Shown: positions 61,371 through 64,000 of the stretch, in pieces | How the letters are laid out: the number at the start of each line of letters is the position of its first letter | Position numbering within the stretch: position 1 is the stretch's first letter | From: an uncultured Desulfosarcina sp. | GTDB taxonomy: Bacteria; Desulfobacterota; Desulfobacteria; Desulfobacterales; Desulfosarcinaceae | Assembly (NCBI GenBank): GCA_963674945.2 | Contig: CAXXWQ010000004.1 | Location: 832,001 to 896,000 of the forward strand | DNA length: 64,000 nt | Direction of reading: 5' to 3' | Translations under genes and position numbers: made by a program | The notes under the pieces: generated by a model | What the model was told of the DNA's origin: nothing | What the model saw: the letters and a program-made list of their open reading frames with translations, nothing else | Database searches by the model: none

Positions 61371-61772
61371 ATGAAAACAAACATGGGGTTATGGATAGAT
61401 CATCGCAAGGCTGTGATTGTGACAGTTTCGGGCAAGGCGGAGGAAACAAGCGTTATCGAATCAAAGGCAGAAAAACAGCCCGGACGGTTTGACGGGGTAC
61501 GTTCGACTACCCCCTATGAATCTCAGAAGGTTCAAGCAGATGCCAGACAAGATATAAAATTTGCCGACAAACTCAACGTCTACTACGATGAGGTCATTTC
61601 GGTTCTTCGTGACGCCGAGTCCATTTTTCTTTTTGGTCCTGGAGAGGCAAAAGGTGAGCTGAAAAAACGTTTAGAAGAGGACCATCTCGATCACCACATC
61701 CAAGTGGTGGAAACAGTTGATCAGATGACGGATCGCCAGATTGCAGCTAAAGTTCGGGAGCATTTTAACTAA
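61371..61772 (+). CDS. Host-attachment / eRF1-like small protein
   Basis: GLWIDHRKAVIV...FGPGEAKGEL...MTDRQIAAKVR. Confidence 0.7.
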   Translation: MKTNMGLWIDHRKAVIVTVSGKAEETSVIESKAEKQPGRFDGVRSTTPYESQKVQADARQDIKFADKLNVYYDEVISVLRDAESIFLFGPGEAKGELKKRLEEDHLDHHIQVVETVDQMTDRQIAAKVREHFN

Positions 61773-61865
61773 TCCTCCCATCAGCTAAAAAAGTATTTTT
61801 GAAGCAGCGCTATGCAAGTGATGAAATCGACACGGAGAAATTTGACCGGGAAAAAAGGACTTGAA

Positions 61866-63803
61866 ATGACCAACCCCAATGAAGGGGCCGAAAAACCGGT
61901 CCCCGAAAAACCCAAAAGTGAGAGCACACCACACGAGAAAAAAAGCCGTCTGGCGCAGCTTTCGCTTGCCGCTTTGGGCGTGGTTTTTGGAGATATCAGT
62001 ACCAGCCCGATATACGCCATTCGGGAGTGCTTCCACGGCGAATACGGCATCGATGTTAGTCATGCCAACGTTTTGGGAATCCTTTCCCTGATGTTTTGGG
62101 CGCTGGTAATGATCGTGGGTTTGAAATACTTGATCTTCGTTTTTCGCGCTAACAACCATGGGGAAGGCGGTGAGATTGCTCTAATCGCCTTGATTCGCGG
62201 TAAAAAGGGGCCTTCCGATAACCGGCGAAGGTTAGGCGTCATCGCCCTGGGGCTTTTTGCGGCCTGCCTGCTGTATGGGGACGGCATGATCACCCCGGCG
62301 ATTTCCGTTCTAAGCGCCGTGGAAGGGCTCGCCATTATCACCCCCCTATTCGCGCGCTTCGTGATCCCCGTCACCATTGCCATTCTCATTGGCCTGTTTA
62401 TGATCCAGCGACAGGGCACGGCGCGGTTGGGCGGTCTTTTCGGACCGGTAATTCTGGTTTGGCTCGGTTTTCTGGCTGTAACCGGGGCCGTGCAAGTGGC
62501 CCATACGCCGCAAGTGTTGTCGGCAGTTTTTCCGTGGCATGCGATCCGCTTCCTGGTTTTCAATAAACTGCACGGTTTTGTGGTGTTGGGCGCCGTATTT
62601 CTGGTAGTCACCGGCACCGAGGCGTTATATGCAGACATGGGGCATTTCGGCACCCGGCCAATTCGTTTGACCTGGTTTGCCATTGTTTTTCCCGCCCTGG
62701 TGTTGAATTATTTCGGGCAAGGAGCGCTCCTTTTGGTCAACCCGGAAGCAGCGGGTCATCCTTTTTACGCCATGGTGCCCGCTTGGGCAATGATTCCGAC
62801 GGTGTTGTTGGCCACCCTGGCCACCATCATTGCCTCCCAGGCGGTCATCAGCGGCGCTTTTTCCATGACCCGACAGGCAATCCAACTGGGATACCTCCCG
62901 CGTTTGAACATCCGGCATACCGCCGCAACGCAAATCGGCCAAATATATGTGGCCCCGGTCAATTGGATGCTCATGATCTGCACGATCTCCCTTGTGGCCG
63001 GCTTTCAATCCTCCAGCAAACTTGCGGCTGCATACGGGTTAGCCGTCACCTCCACGATGATTATCAACACGGTATTGTTTTTTGTGGTGACCCGCAGACA
63101 GTGGCATTGGCCGTTGATATGGGCCGTACCGCTCGCAGGCCTCTTTTTGCTGGTGGACGTGCCGTTTTTTGCAGCCAACGTCAGCAAAATTTTCCATGGT
63201 GCCTGGTTCCCGCTGGTTATCGGAGCTGTATTCTTTACATTGATGCTCACCTGGGCCAAGGGACGCCGAATCATGGCCGAAAAAATACGCAAGAATATGC
63301 CGCCGTTGCATCAATTTATCGTCGATCTGGCCAGCCATCCGCCAAACAAAATCGAAGGGGACGCGATTTATTTAACGGGAAATAAAAATGTCGTGCCCGT
63401 GGCCCTGGCAAAGAACGTCAAGCACAACAAAGTCATTCACAACCGGACAATATTGCTGAATTTTCAGGTGGAAGACATCCCTCGTGTTCCAAGTCTGAAA
63501 AAGATCCAAACCGAAAAATTAGGCGGCGGATTTCATCGCATTGTGGCCCGCTATGGGTTTATGGAAGATCCCAGGCTGGACACCTTGTTTTCATTGACGC
63601 GCGACCAGGGTTTGGATCTGGATCCGGAAACAACGAGTTTTTACATCGGTCGTGAAAACCTGGCCATCGCTGAAATATCCGTGATGGCGCGTTGGCGTAG
63701 GAACCTTTTTATTTTTATGTCCCGCAACGCAGCCGATGCCACTTCGTTTTTTAAGCTTCCAGCGAACGAAACGATTGAAGTCGGCCTTCGCCTGGAAATT
63801 TGA
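61866..63803 (+). CDS. kup: Kup (KUP/HAK/KT) potassium transporter
   Basis: GVVFGDISTSP.Y, GEGG, DGMITPAISVLSA.EG, EALYADMGHF, YGFME. Confidence 0.96.
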   Translation: MTNPNEGAEKPVPEKPKSESTPHEKKSRLAQLSLAALGVVFGDISTSPIYAIRECFHGEYGIDVSHANVLGILSLMFWALVMIVGLKYLIFVFRANNHGEGGEIALIALIRGKKGPSDNRRRLGVIALGLFAACLLYGDGMITPAISVLSAVEGLAIITPLFARFVIPVTIAILIGLFMIQRQGTARLGGLFGPVILVWLGFLAVTGAVQVAHTPQVLSAVFPWHAIRFLVFNKLHGFVVLGAVFLVVTGTEALYADMGHFGTRPIRLTWFAIVFPALVLNYFGQGALLLVNPEAAGHPFYAMVPAWAMIPTVLLATLATIIASQAVISGAFSMTRQAIQLGYLPRLNIRHTAATQIGQIYVAPVNWMLMICTISLVAGFQSSSKLAAAYGLAVTSTMIINTVLFFVVTRRQWHWPLIWAVPLAGLFLLVDVPFFAANVSKIFHGAWFPLVIGAVFFTLMLTWAKGRRIMAEKIRKNMPPLHQFIVDLASHPPNKIEGDAIYLTGNKNVVPVALAKNVKHNKVIHNRTILLNFQVEDIPRVPSLKKIQTEKLGGGFHRIVARYGFMEDPRLDTLFSLTRDQGLDLDPETTSFYIGRENLAIAEISVMARWRRNLFIFMSRNAADATSFFKLPANETIEVGLRLEI

Positions 63804-63878
63804 CACGCCTGCTTATTGTCTGCTCATTTTTAAAAAAGGAGTAGTTCTTCTTGTAATTATTTTTGAAGGGACCAAGCC

Positions 63879-64000
63879 ATGACGTTACTGAAAAATATCC
63901 AACACATATTTCCACAGGCGACCGAAATACCCGAAACCCTTCTAAAGGATATTCCCTGCATTCAGAACGGCTATCTCGTAAACGGTGAGATTCGGATCTG
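63879..64000 (+). CDS. Start of an NADP-dependent GAPDH / aldehyde dehydrogenase-like gene, running off the window
   Basis: IFP...EIPE...Q..YLVNGEIR.W resembles GapN-type N-termini; only about 40 codons visible. Confidence 0.55.
   Translation, partial: MTLLKNIQHIFPQATEIPETLLKDIPCIQNGYLVNGEIRI

Overview
Bacterial DNA, probably from an anaerobic Desulfobacterota (Desulfobacterales-like; inferred from gene content, not verified), in two contrasting parts. The first (1 to ~16.4 kb) is AT-richer and eroding. It has two attC-like cassettes at the left edge and a cold-shock/RNA-chaperone cluster: two RRM proteins, two CspA paralogs with a conserved structured 5' leader, an RhlE-like DEAD-box helicase split by an IS1380 element, and a truncated desaturase. 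It also carries a KamA-like radical SAM gene, an ISAzo13 element with the end of a second inverted copy, and an IS1595 fragment. The second part (~16.7-64 kb) is a GC-richer block of roughly 47 kb in which every credible gene is on the + strand. It resembles a general-stress island: ZraP-like protein, B12 radical SAM, HflKC-FtsH, Hsp20, ClsB, a solo DnaG-like primase, GlgP, CheBR with a PAS-LuxR partner, KhpA, two CsbD, BON, OmpA, PAS-GGDEF, Pat acetyltransferase, rhodanese-YeeE/YedE, ABC1 kinase, a Na+-type N-ATPase operon, YtxH, AI-2E, DUF2254, Kup and the start of GapN. The main non-obvious signal is three sigma-54-type promoters, each preceded 99, 99 and 102 bp upstream by the same tandem GGTCA-N4-TGACC double palindrome, which suggests an undescribed sigma-54 stress regulon. 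One of these promoter modules (2.7 kb) is inserted into the last codons of atpA and separates atpG from the rest of the N-ATPase operon. No rRNA, tRNA or CRISPR array was seen.
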